Below, piece after piece: positions 47,545 through 58,200 of a stretch of DNA of 64,000 bases. Numbering within the stretch: the stretch's first letter is position 1; each line of letters begins with the position of its first letter. Source of the DNA: Candidatus Cloacimonadales bacterium (lineage in GTDB: Bacteria; Cloacimonadota; Cloacimonadia; Cloacimonadales; JAIOQZ01); NCBI GenBank assembly GCA_963665815.1, contig OY762463.1, positions 1,056,001-1,120,000 of the forward strand, read 5' to 3'. The notes under the pieces are model-generated. The model saw only the letters and a list, made by a program, of their open reading frames with translations. It ran no database searches and was not told the DNA's origin. The translations under genes were made by a program, and so were the position numbers.

Positions 47545-48909
47545 TTACCATTTAACTTCTGTACCAAACCACATTACTGTAGCTGTGTCTTCACCAAACA
47601 TAAAAAGATGTGATACGTCGTTATCGTCTGTATAGTTGAAGCCATAATCTTTGTTAGGCATAAGCATACCAAGTCCTGCGTAAAATTTTGCATTCTTATG
47701 AACTTTGTATGATCCGTACAGATTAAACTCATTCCACATGTTTTCACCGGATACTTCTTTTGTACCTATCTTGACATCAGTAGAGTTGTCATTAAACATC
47801 CAGAAATTAAAACCAACATTCATTTTTTTACACATTTCAGGAGTGAAATCTGTTCCAAAATTCACCATCATCATACCATGATCAACATCGGCTTTAAAAC
47901 CATTATCTGTAAGTTTCCAGAAAATATTGACAGCTTGATATCCATGTTCAACCAATCCCATTCCAACACCTGTGAATGCTTCATTTTCATCATCAGATCC
48001 TGCATCATCACCTGATCTCATGAATAATTCAGCTCTTGGCATAAGTGTACCAAATCCAAGATCAAACTCAGCATTAAGACCAACATCAAGAAGCATACCG
48101 GAATAATCTATTCCTGTTGCATCGTTTGCACCAGTCTGCATTGCAAATTCAAGATAAGGTTTTAGCATTCCGTCCATAAGTGTTACATCACCTCTGGCAC
48201 CAAAAACATTAAATGCATTACATTCTGTTTCGTTTTTGCTAAGTCCATTATCATCAAAAGATTCAACATTTTCACCTTTTCTGAAGAAATAAGCCTGAAC
48301 ATCTGCCATGTCGGCTATTTTATTCATTCCACCAATCAAACCAAAAATTTTAGCTGCATGATCTTCTTCAATATTTGTGTATTCAGCATCTTCATACTCA
48401 GCCAAATTAGCAGTTTGTAAATCAACCCATAAGTTATCTCTTTTAAACATAAGAGCAGCACCACTAATATAATCAGCAGGTCCGAAGATGTTTCCACCAC
48501 CATAATTCCATAATCTTTGTCCAAGATGAGCGGAAAGTCCTTCAAAAAACAGGTTATCATACTGGACGTAAGCTTCTTGAAGTTTAAGTCTGGTATCTTT
48601 AATCTTTTGATCGCTATCCATATTAAATTTGATCCACTTGCTACTGGCTTCATCATCACTTTCTAAACGAGAGTGAATTTTTACCATAATATTTTCATTA
48701 ATGTGAGTGTTAAAGGATAGATCCAATCTACCTTGAGTATAGGTTGTTTTGTCATTATTGGCGTTATCTTTGAAATCTGTCCAGTCTGCCAAATTGTTTT
48801 CATAGTCCATTTCAAGAAGAAATCTTCCATGAATATCGACTTTTGGATACTCGCCTGCGAATAGAGCTGTTGCCATTACAACAATAAGTAAAATAGTAAT
48901 TTTTCTCAT
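47545..48909 (-). CDS. Outer-membrane porin-like beta-barrel (alginate-export-like)
   Basis: Signal peptide, LQEAYV, GQR, C-terminal GTEVKW; start at ATG 48909 after GGAGGT. Confidence 0.75.
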   Translation of the reverse strand: MRKITILLIVVMATALFAGEYPKVDIHGRFLLEMDYENNLADWTDFKDNANNDKTTYTQGRLDLSFNTHINENIMVKIHSRLESDDEASSKWIKFNMDSDQKIKDTRLKLQEAYVQYDNLFFEGLSAHLGQRLWNYGGGNIFGPADYISGAALMFKRDNLWVDLQTANLAEYEDAEYTNIEEDHAAKIFGLIGGMNKIADMADVQAYFFRKGENVESFDDNGLSKNETECNAFNVFGARGDVTLMDGMLKPYLEFAMQTGANDATGIDYSGMLLDVGLNAEFDLGFGTLMPRAELFMRSGDDAGSDDENEAFTGVGMGLVEHGYQAVNIFWKLTDNGFKADVDHGMMMVNFGTDFTPEMCKKMNVGFNFWMFNDNSTDVKIGTKEVSGENMWNEFNLYGSYKVHKNAKFYAGLGMLMPNKDYGFNYTDDNDVSHLFMFGEDTATVMWFGTEVKW

Positions 48910-49115
48910 ACTACCTCCAGTATTTTTTTTTGATTCATTGAATCTTAATAAGTACACAACTTATTTTACTATTTAAATAACAGGAAAAATATATTATTCA
49001 TGTTGAGACTTTGTCAAGATATTAGTTAAATTAAATACTTGGAAATTTTTACGTGCGAAAATTGAATATATCCGCAAAAACATTTCAGTAATCTATATCA
49101 TTATATACCAAGACA

Positions 49116-49391
49116 TTAAGAATCTGCTTCATCTTCTTCCATTGTAGCTTCATGCTCGACATTTTCTGAATCATCTTCATCAGGTGTCTCAGGATATGCA
49201 TATTCTGAGAACAAATGCATCAAAACAACCAATAGTGTTACGGTTATGAAAACAGCAATTGAAAAACACATGATTTTACTCATGAAAATAAAACCAATAT
49301 CTATATCGTCAATGATATTCATTGCAGATGCATCACCGAAGACGATATTTGCAATTATGACAACTGCTACAAGAAAAAGTGCTATTTTCAT
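49116..49391 (-). CDS. Small two-TM protein with acidic tail
   Basis: GGAG RBS, two hydrophobic segments. Confidence 0.6.
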   Translation of the reverse strand: MKIALFLVAVVIIANIVFGDASAMNIIDDIDIGFIFMSKIMCFSIAVFITVTLLVVLMHLFSEYAYPETPDEDDSENVEHEATMEEDEADS

Positions 49392-49655
49392 AGTTTCTCC
49401 ATAAATTATTTAACTCATATAAAGATCTTTGCATGATTGGAGTAGTCTGTTCAAACTTTCTAAAGAAAGCATACAAGTTGACTCGACTTTTAGAATTCAT
49501 CAAATTCTTACTCAAAAAGAGCTTCTCTGAAAGCTTTCTTGATGAATTTAAAATTCTCATCGAACTTCTTTCACTAAAACTACTTGATTTTGCTATTATG
49601 CAAAGCACTACTCTAATATAATATAGTATATATATCGACATTTACATTGAAAAAG

Positions 49656-50477
49656 TCAACTTTTTTTCCTGATCATTGAAACTGAGGTTATTCTGTTCTT
49701 CCCTGACCTTTTGCTTTGGTACATAGCATCGTCTACAACTTTTACATGTTCATGCACATTATATGTTGGAGAATAATCTGTTACGCCTGAAGAAATTGTT
49801 ATATTGAATTCTATGCTGTCCGTTTTAAAAAGACAGCTTTCAACGGTTATTCTGATTTTTTCTGCCACCCTGAAACCACCATCACAATCTGTTTCCGGAA
49901 GAAGTAAAAGGAATTCTTCTCCACCCCATCTGCAAACCATATCCTGCTCTCTCGTGAGTTCGATAAAAATCGAGGCGAGCTCCTTAAGCAGATAGTCACC
50001 TGTTTCGTGACCGTATCTGTCATTAACAGATTTGAAATCATCAATATCTATCATGATGAATACGAATGTTCTGGAAGATCTCTTGTATCTTACAATTTCT
50101 GAATCAATTTTTTCCAGCATAGCTCTTCTATTTGGTAAACCGGTTAGTGGGTCGTGCCTGCTCATTTTTTTTACTTCACTAAGAGCTTCACCCAGTTCTT
50201 TATTCATTTGTTCTAAGGTTTCCTTACTCTGCTTCAGTTTACGCATTTTCCCTGCAAGCAAAATAAGAGTAACAGCAAGAATGCAAAATCCTGTTAACGT
50301 TAAAATTGTCTGATGTCTTGTTATTATATATGAAGTGTCAGATTTCTCAGTCACACCTGTATCAATTCCCAATGCATCATAGCCTTTTTCAGCATGACAT
50401 AAAACAAATCCTAAAAATACCAGAGATAAAAGGAATGTTATCTTTATTCTTACTGAACTGATACTGTCAAAAGACAT
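49656..50477 (-). CDS. Membrane-anchored diguanylate cyclase
   Basis: DPLTGLPNRR, DIDDFKSVND.YGH, REQD I-site, GGEEF. Confidence 0.95.
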   Translation of the reverse strand: MSFDSISSVRIKITFLLSLVFLGFVLCHAEKGYDALGIDTGVTEKSDTSYIITRHQTILTLTGFCILAVTLILLAGKMRKLKQSKETLEQMNKELGEALSEVKKMSRHDPLTGLPNRRAMLEKIDSEIVRYKRSSRTFVFIMIDIDDFKSVNDRYGHETGDYLLKELASIFIELTREQDMVCRWGGEEFLLLLPETDCDGGFRVAEKIRITVESCLFKTDSIEFNITISSGVTDYSPTYNVHEHVKVVDDAMYQSKRSGKNRITSVSMIRKKS

Positions 50478-50531
50478 ATTAACTCCTTGTCAGAGTTGCA
50501 GCTTTGAATCACAAGAAATCTGATTGCGACA

Positions 50532-51029
50532 TTATCTGGATACGGCTATTGATAATGCTGTTGCAAGTTTAACAACATACTCATCCGTTCTTTCCAGCAA
50601 AGACAAAAGAGAAAGACATGTATTTTTTAATATCACATTCCCGGCATTAGGGTCACTGGATATAATTTCCTCAAAATCATTCCTTGATAGCGTATACATT
50701 ATACAATCTGATGAAGCGATTACATTTGCAGATCTTTTCCCCGCACCAATTAGTCCGTTTTCACCAAAAGCCGGACAAGCTTTATCACTTAGTGATGCCA
50801 ATTTCTTCTCCTCTGCCTTAAGTCCTTCAATTTCCATCGTTAACTTACGTGTAACTCGCACATCACCCTTATACAATATGTATAAGTTATCACCCTTTGT
50901 ATTTTCTTTAATAATATAATCACCTTTATTGAATTTCTTTTCCTTGAGAAACGATGCAACAAAAACAAGCTGAATATCATTAAGTCCTTTAAAAGTTCTG
51001 ACATTTTTTAAACTGATTGCATCTATCAT
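50532..51029 (-). CDS. Stand-alone cyclic-nucleotide-binding domain protein
   Basis: G..II.E...GD.LYI..G.V and FGE......RSANV; no HTH. Confidence 0.88.
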   Translation of the reverse strand: MIDAISLKNVRTFKGLNDIQLVFVASFLKEKKFNKGDYIIKENTKGDNLYILYKGDVRVTRKLTMEIEGLKAEEKKLASLSDKACPAFGENGLIGAGKRSANVIASSDCIMYTLSRNDFEEIISSDPNAGNVILKNTCLSLLSLLERTDEYVVKLATALSIAVSR

Positions 51030-51033
51030 AATT

Positions 51034-52182
51034 CTATCCTATTACAATTGCCGAATCATTTTCGGTTAATTCATAGTTTTTATCAGGGTTAATATGAATT
51101 GCATAATTCTGTTCAGGAAGTTTCGAATTGGCACTTTGCAGAGCATTCTTTATGAATGCATCAATCGTTGATCCTTCATCTGAGAAAATATCTGATATCT
51201 GCATTTTGGGTCTTTCAGTAATCAACCCGATCAATACAACATGTTCCTCACTGTAAAAATGTTCCAGAAGGGAGCTGTACTTCTGCCCTACTAATGATTG
51301 AGGTATCTTCTTTGTTATAATATTATGTTCCCGGCTGTGCACTAAATGATTGTAAAAGCTTATATAGTGACTGTTCAGAACATTGTTTGCAATGAGATAA
51401 CCCCCAAATTCTTTAAAGATAACTATGTTATCCACGCCAATCTGTTTGAGGTGAGGTTTATTCTGAATATTTATCAACTGAACAGTCAGGTGTATATCTT
51501 TGGATATGAATTTTATTGTATTCGCAACAATAATTGATCTGTCATCCGCAGATTGAATCATTAGATTAACATCAGGAAGAACAATCACGTGTTTGGCAAA
51601 TCTCACGTTCGCCCTGTTAAGTATTTCTGTTTGAGTATAATCTCCACGAATATACCCAAGGCTTAATGTCGGATACTTAGCCTCAAGATCAGTAAAAAAA
51701 TCTGGTTGAAAATCGCCTATCAAAACAATCATATCATCAATGCTTTTTTCTGTAAATGCATTAAGCATGGTTTCCACGGTTTCATTCCAACCGCAGATAA
51801 CAATGTGATTTCTTTTTTTTATCTGTTTCAATCCTTTTGCTCCTCTAAGTTTATCTTCAACCATCACAGTTGTTATTATACCTGTAAACAGGGAAAATAA
51901 TGTGAATCCAATGAATATAAGAAAAATCCCAACGATTCGACCGGCAGATGTTTTAGGTACAACATCACCATATCCAACAGTTGTTATTGTCACTATTGAC
52001 CACCAGATACTATCCATAAATGTTGAGATAGTATTATTTCCTTTAGATTCAATACTGAAAATAACAGCTGCGCTGATAAAAATCAATGCTGAAATAATGA
52101 TACCTATTAATGAAAATCTTTTTAAAGACTCATTTCGAAGTATTCTTTTTAGTCTAAAACTCGTTTTTTTCTTTTTACTCAT
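51034..52182 (-). CDS. Potassium channel with RCK domain
   Basis: Two TM helices with TTVGYGD filter; HIVICGW RCK domain. Confidence 0.92.
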   Translation of the reverse strand: MSKKKKTSFRLKRILRNESLKRFSLIGIIISALIFISAAVIFSIESKGNNTISTFMDSIWWSIVTITTVGYGDVVPKTSAGRIVGIFLIFIGFTLFSLFTGIITTVMVEDKLRGAKGLKQIKKRNHIVICGWNETVETMLNAFTEKSIDDMIVLIGDFQPDFFTDLEAKYPTLSLGYIRGDYTQTEILNRANVRFAKHVIVLPDVNLMIQSADDRSIIVANTIKFISKDIHLTVQLINIQNKPHLKQIGVDNIVIFKEFGGYLIANNVLNSHYISFYNHLVHSREHNIITKKIPQSLVGQKYSSLLEHFYSEEHVVLIGLITERPKMQISDIFSDEGSTIDAFIKNALQSANSKLPEQNYAIHINPDKNYELTENDSAIVIG

Positions 52183-52234
52183 ACTAATAATCTAATTTAT
52201 GAATACTCATTACCAAATGATATGTTAAATAAGG

Positions 52235-52266
52235 AAAAACAGGCTGTCCCTAAAGACAGCCTGTTT
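52235..52266 (-). terminator. Rho-independent terminator
   Basis: aaacaggctgtc-cctaaa-gacagcctgttt. Confidence 0.85.
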
Positions 52267-52275
52267 CGTATATTT

Positions 52276-55200
52276 TTATTTAGATAACTTCTTAATCTGC
52301 TTCTGAGATTCGATTACTCTTCTGCTTCTCAAAGTTTCTTTCTTAGAGAATGTAGATGCTGCAGTAGTACTGTTATCAGGAACTTGAGAGTCTGCCTGAC
52401 CAGCCTGGAAGTTCGCTGCCCACAAAGTATTATCACTTGATAATACAGAGCCATCAAAGTTTATATCCTGGATATTGTAACCATCTGAAACACCAGCAGA
52501 GAAAGCAATTTTCCATTCTGTATTATCAGAAGATACTATTGATCCATCATCAACAATGTCACCTGCAGCCATACCAAATACGCCTGTTTCAACCTGGCAT
52601 ACACCAAGATTTGATGTACCTGTTGTATACGTCATATTTGAGGTAGTAAGATCAATTGTAGATTGAGTATAAGCATCTGTATAGAATGTATGTGAAGTTC
52701 TACTCATTATATTAAGGTGGTTTCTATGTTTTATAACTACAAAATAAGCTCCAGCATTAATGTTAAACCATGGAGTATCTCCATCTGATGCTGTTACGGT
52801 TCCATCGCTGTGTAAAAGCATTGATTTTCCAGTAATTGTCGAACCTGATGCTGTAGAACGGAGTTCAACATAGATCCAGTCCACAACATCCTGTGGCATT
52901 TCGTCAACTGACTCTGTGTCATATGGTGATGTTAATGGTAAATACTGATTAAGAGCTGTATCCATCATTTGAGTTGATGAATCATAAGGACCTTGTAAAT
53001 ATACATTCATTTTTGAGTATATTTTTGTGATTGTAGGCATTTCACCATTAGTCTCATCATAAAGAATCCAGTCAGAATAGGTTGTTGTTGCAATAGCGGA
53101 AACTCTGTTTTCATCAGGATAACAGGTTATCAGTGAGTTTGCAACTTTATACCATGCTCCATTCTGATATCGGTATAATCTGAGGTTAGTTTCATCCAGA
53201 TTTCCAACTTCAGCATCGGAGTAATAGTAGTTGAATGTTGTAAACAGAGACCCGTTATTTTGAACAGGCATCACTGAAAGTACACGATTAACAACATATT
53301 GTTCGTATCCATCAGGGATATCCATGTGCTTCTGATTTTCCATGACAGCCATTCTTATTCCCATTGGATTAGCACTGAAACTACTTACAACAACTGTTGC
53401 AGCAGTATCACCAGCAGTTGCTTCAAATGCAGGTATTATCTCTCCTGCTGAATTATCAGCATTTTCATTCAGATATACTTTAACAGCGTCTGAATAAGAT
53501 GTACCTGAAGCATTTGTTGCAACAATCATTGCATAGTAGAATGGGTTCGATAAACCTGTAAATTCATACTGATTAAATGTTCCATCAAGGTTCACAATCT
53601 GCTCAGTAGTGTTGAAATCAGGCTCTGTTGATATTTTTACTTCATAGTTAGTGTTATCTGTGTTGTTTGATGCAGCCCATTCAAGTATGAATGAAGTGTT
53701 TGTAATCATATACATTCTTGAATAGAATGCTGTGAACTCAGGGCTTCCATCAGCATTTCCATATCCATTAACAGTCAGGGTCTGATTTGCTGCACCATTT
53801 GTTGAATGCACAAACTGAGCTGTAAACGTTGAATTTACATTCGGTGTGAACTTCACATATACTGTCTGATCAACTAATCCGTTAACTGGTGTAACATCAA
53901 TGCTCTGAGTATATCCTGTGCTGTAATCAGTTGAGATCAGATAACAGTTTGAGTCAGTTGTTACATTAACATCACCTGTTGCATCATAAGCACGCAGTCT
54001 GTAGCTCTTGATAGTGCTCGCATTCACGTCTGCAACAAAGTACTGTAAATCCTGAGGTATTACAATATTTGGAACAGGAATACCTGTACCTGTAACACTG
54101 ATAATCTCAGTAGCAGCATAATCTGCAGTATGCTCTATGTCGCCTGCATAAACTTGTGCTGCAGTTGGTATGAATTTCAGATCAAGCGTTTTTTGAGATA
54201 AAACTCCAAGTGAGTCAGGAGTGAATACAAGAACGCCATCAGACACTCTTGTATGGTTTACACTACTTGTGTTTTTACTTGTTTTTGAGTTTGTTCTGCC
54301 TGTGGAAACAGTTGAATATAATGAATAACCTGAGGCTGTTGAAGAGAGAGCTGTTGTTGCAGCATTCTCAACTAAGTCAAATCCTGAAGGAATGTTAATC
54401 TGAACATCTGATGTAAGATTTACAGCGGATATTGTATATTGTCTGATACTGCTTTCAGAACCAACATATACATCACCAAAATCACCATCAATGGCACTAA
54501 GGGAAATACTTGCTGCTCCAAGAGCTCTACCGCGAACTGCAACATTTTCAGTTGTTACATAATCAGCAGAGAACTCAACTGAACCTGCAAATATACTCGC
54601 AGTTTGCGGTGCAAAACGTACATATAATAATGTTGAGATGTCACCATTTGCATCCGGTGCAATATAGAAACTTCCTGTTGTGTATATTCCACCCTGTTCC
54701 GAAATTTCATAACCATCAGGTATTGTAACCAGAAGACTGTCTGTCAAATCCTGTGCATTTACAACAATGATTGAACTGTCAGAGACATTACCGATATTCA
54801 CATTCGGGAATAAATTCTGGAATTGTGAATCGTCAATTGTTAAAGCAGGAACTGCAAGTCCGTTTCCTGTAACATTAACACTCTGTGTAAATGCTCCGGT
54901 TGAGTTGAAATCGATAGTACTATCAAAGTTCTGAGCAGCGTCAGGAGCAAATCTGATATATACGGTTGTTTCAGTCACAGTTCCGGTTCCATCGTGGTCT
55001 ATATTGATTGTAGTTTCAGGTGTTGGAGATCCGGCAAAAGAACTGAGAGCCATCTCATACCCCTGAGGAGCAGTAATAACAATCTGATCAGAGAGATATT
55101 CTGCATTAACAGTCACAGTTTGTTCATCAGTAGTATATCCGTAAGGAATATCACCGAATTGCAATGCTGTCTGATCAACAAATATCTCTGGTTGTGTGTC

Positions 55201-58200
55201 TGTCACACGAATATCATCCAGGTAGATCGCTGAAAGAGAAGTATCATAGTTGTTATAAATTCTGAATCTGATTTTGTAACCTGAATTCAAGTTGAATCCG
55301 GTTAATGCCATACTTTCTTCAGCCCAGTCAAATGCGCCTGAACCTCTGGTGAAGTAATCATTATGCCAGGTGCCATCATATACATCAACATTGAAGTACA
55401 TCGGGAATGCACCCGGAGCATCAAATTTATACATGAAGCTTAACTGAACTGTACCTGTACCTGTATACGGTTCGAACTCAATTTCCACCTGATTTTCAGC
55501 ACCGTAGAAGTCTGTACTGCCGGACTTAAGTGAATAGCTTCCGCCTGAAGCTGTTAAGTCACTAACCTCCAGAACACCATTACCCGGTACAGTAGTAGTT
55601 AGATAATCAGGTAAACCATTTTCAAATGTTTCTTCGAAATCAAGATATCTCATCTGCTCAAACAGAGTTGAGAAAGACCACACGACTGTATTTTCTGCAT
55701 CACCGGCATTGTTGTAAGGAACAACTTTCCAGTAATATGTTGTATTATGTTCTAATCTGTTAAAGTTATAGCTTGTTACATTACCAATATCAATACCGTT
55801 AGCTATGTTAGTTGGATTTGTTGTTCCGTCACTATCAGATCCAAAGTACAGCTTATAACCATCTGCAGTATTAACTGAGTTCCAGCTTAATGTACCGGTT
55901 CTGGCAACATCAGCTTCACCAATTGTAGGTGAAACAGGAGTTGTAGCTGGCGGAGTTATAGCTCTGACTCTTATATCATCAATACAAATATCACTGTGAT
56001 ATCCGGAACCGGTGTAAGCTCTGAATCTGACTTTAATCCTGTATCCCTGCCATGGAGTAAGGTCAACGGACATTGGTAGCCAGATATCACCATAGTCTCC
56101 TGAAAGTTGAGCCATGATATCGTTATCCCATGTATCTGTATCTACATTATAAACATCCAGATTAAGTGTTCCCATCTCGTATCCGTACATGTGATACCAG
56201 AATTCGAATCCCGGATTGTTTAATGCAGAAATATCCAGAGTAGGTGTTATCATATGGAATGCCATATAATTATTACCTGAAGCTTCTGTGTATGCAAAAT
56301 AACCGTTTCCTGATGTATGGTCTCCTGATTGAGGACCTGTATCAGTTGAAGATGTATAAGTTCCAAATGACCAGTTAGCATCATCATCAGTAGGCTGAAC
56401 AAATGCAGTTGGAAGACCACCACCGTCAAAGTCTTCTGTCCATGGGAAAGTTGTAACAGGACCATAATCGGTAGTAAATGACCAGACCGGAACACTTGCA
56501 GGTTCTCCATTATTGTTATAGGGTACTATTTTCCAGTAGTGGACAGTATTTGCTCTTAATCCTGAATATGCATATGTTAAAACATCGCCTAAATCCTGAC
56601 CATTAACGATATCGGTAGGAGGATAGTCTGTGCCTAAATAGAGCTTGTATCCCGCAGCATAATCTGCCTGATACCAACTCAAATCACCACTAACTGCAAC
56701 AGCTGTTTCGCCGTCAGCAGGAGAATCTTCAAAAGTTGCATCAGGAGTAACTCCATTAATTGTAATATCATCAATACAGATATCACTCTCGTAGCTGGAT
56801 CCCGTTGTGGCCCAGAAAGTAATTATTACTTCGTGACCATCCCATGCTGATAAATCAACAGTTCTTTGAATCCAGCTTGAACCCTGATTACCACTGACAG
56901 ACCAGATATTTGAATCTTCTGTACCTGTTGTAACGTCATATATACTCACTCTTAATATACCCATGTATGTCCCATACATATGGTTCCAGAATTTCAGCAT
57001 TGGAGCTGATGTTGGTGATAAATCTATTACAGGTGTACTAATTATAAAATCTTTGTAATATACGCTACCTGAAGCTTCAGTATATATGTAATATCCTGAT
57101 CCGGTATGATCACCTGAAGGACCTGTACCTGTAGAAGATGTACTGCCATATTGCACTGTCCAGTCATCATCATCGTTTGTACTTTGCACCCAGCCAGTAG
57201 GGAGAGTATTACTATCAAAGCTTTCTGTGTATGGAGCTGCAATGGCAGTTGCCTGTCTTGTCCTGAATGTCCAAACCGGTCCTTGAGTTGTCATTCTGCT
57301 GTAAGCATTATGAGAAACTACCTGCCATTGGTATTCAGTATCTCCGCTTAAACCTGTAAGCTGATATGATCCTGTAGTTCCTACGGTTGCACCGGTAACT
57401 ACTTCTGTCATATTTCCTGATGACCCGAACCATAAATCATATGTTTCAGAGAGTGAACCAAAATCCCAGGTTAAAGTCAAATCTATAGGTTGATATTGAG
57501 CCATATCGGCTGGAACAGGATTTGCCGGAACTGAAGGATAGTTGGTTGTGGTTGTGAATGTATAAACAGGACTACTAGTTGTAGCTGTGGTTTGAGTGTT
57601 ATGTAGAACAATCTGCCATTCGTAATCCGTTGTAAAATTAAGGTTAGTATATGAATAACTTCCTGAAGTTCCAGCTGTAGCTCCTGTTACCGCCTGAACC
57701 ATATTACCCTGTGGACCGAACCACAAATCATAAGTTTCAGTTCTGTCACCGAAATCCCAGGTAAGGGTTCCGTTAACATCTACATCTGCCGCATAGTCTG
57801 CAGGATAAAGATTTGTAGGAGCTTCAGGAGTAATTGGAACAAAGACTTCGAGAGCATAATCTTCAACCTCTCCATAACTCGTGGTACCGCAAGGAGTGCC
57901 CGAGTATGAACTATAGTTTGATCTCACTCGCATCATCACAATACCTGTGTTTGCAGTTGAAGGTACGGTGATATTATCTGTAACGTTGATAACTGCGCCC
58001 GACCCTAATGCATTGCGCTCTGTGCTATCGAAAGTTCCACTTTGATCCCAATCACACCAAACTTCAAAACCCTGGTTGTATCCCCAGCCATTGATAGATA
58101 TTGAATATGTTTGTCCTTTTTCTACAGTTGTACTAAACTGTCTTGAGTAATTCGTATAGCTATCACTTTCTGTAGAGCCTGTACTATTTGATATTCCATT

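Noticed and set aside
49333-49641. Overlapping 102-aa (-) and 62-aa (+) ORFs
   Set aside because: No RBS or motifs; likely intergenic noise.
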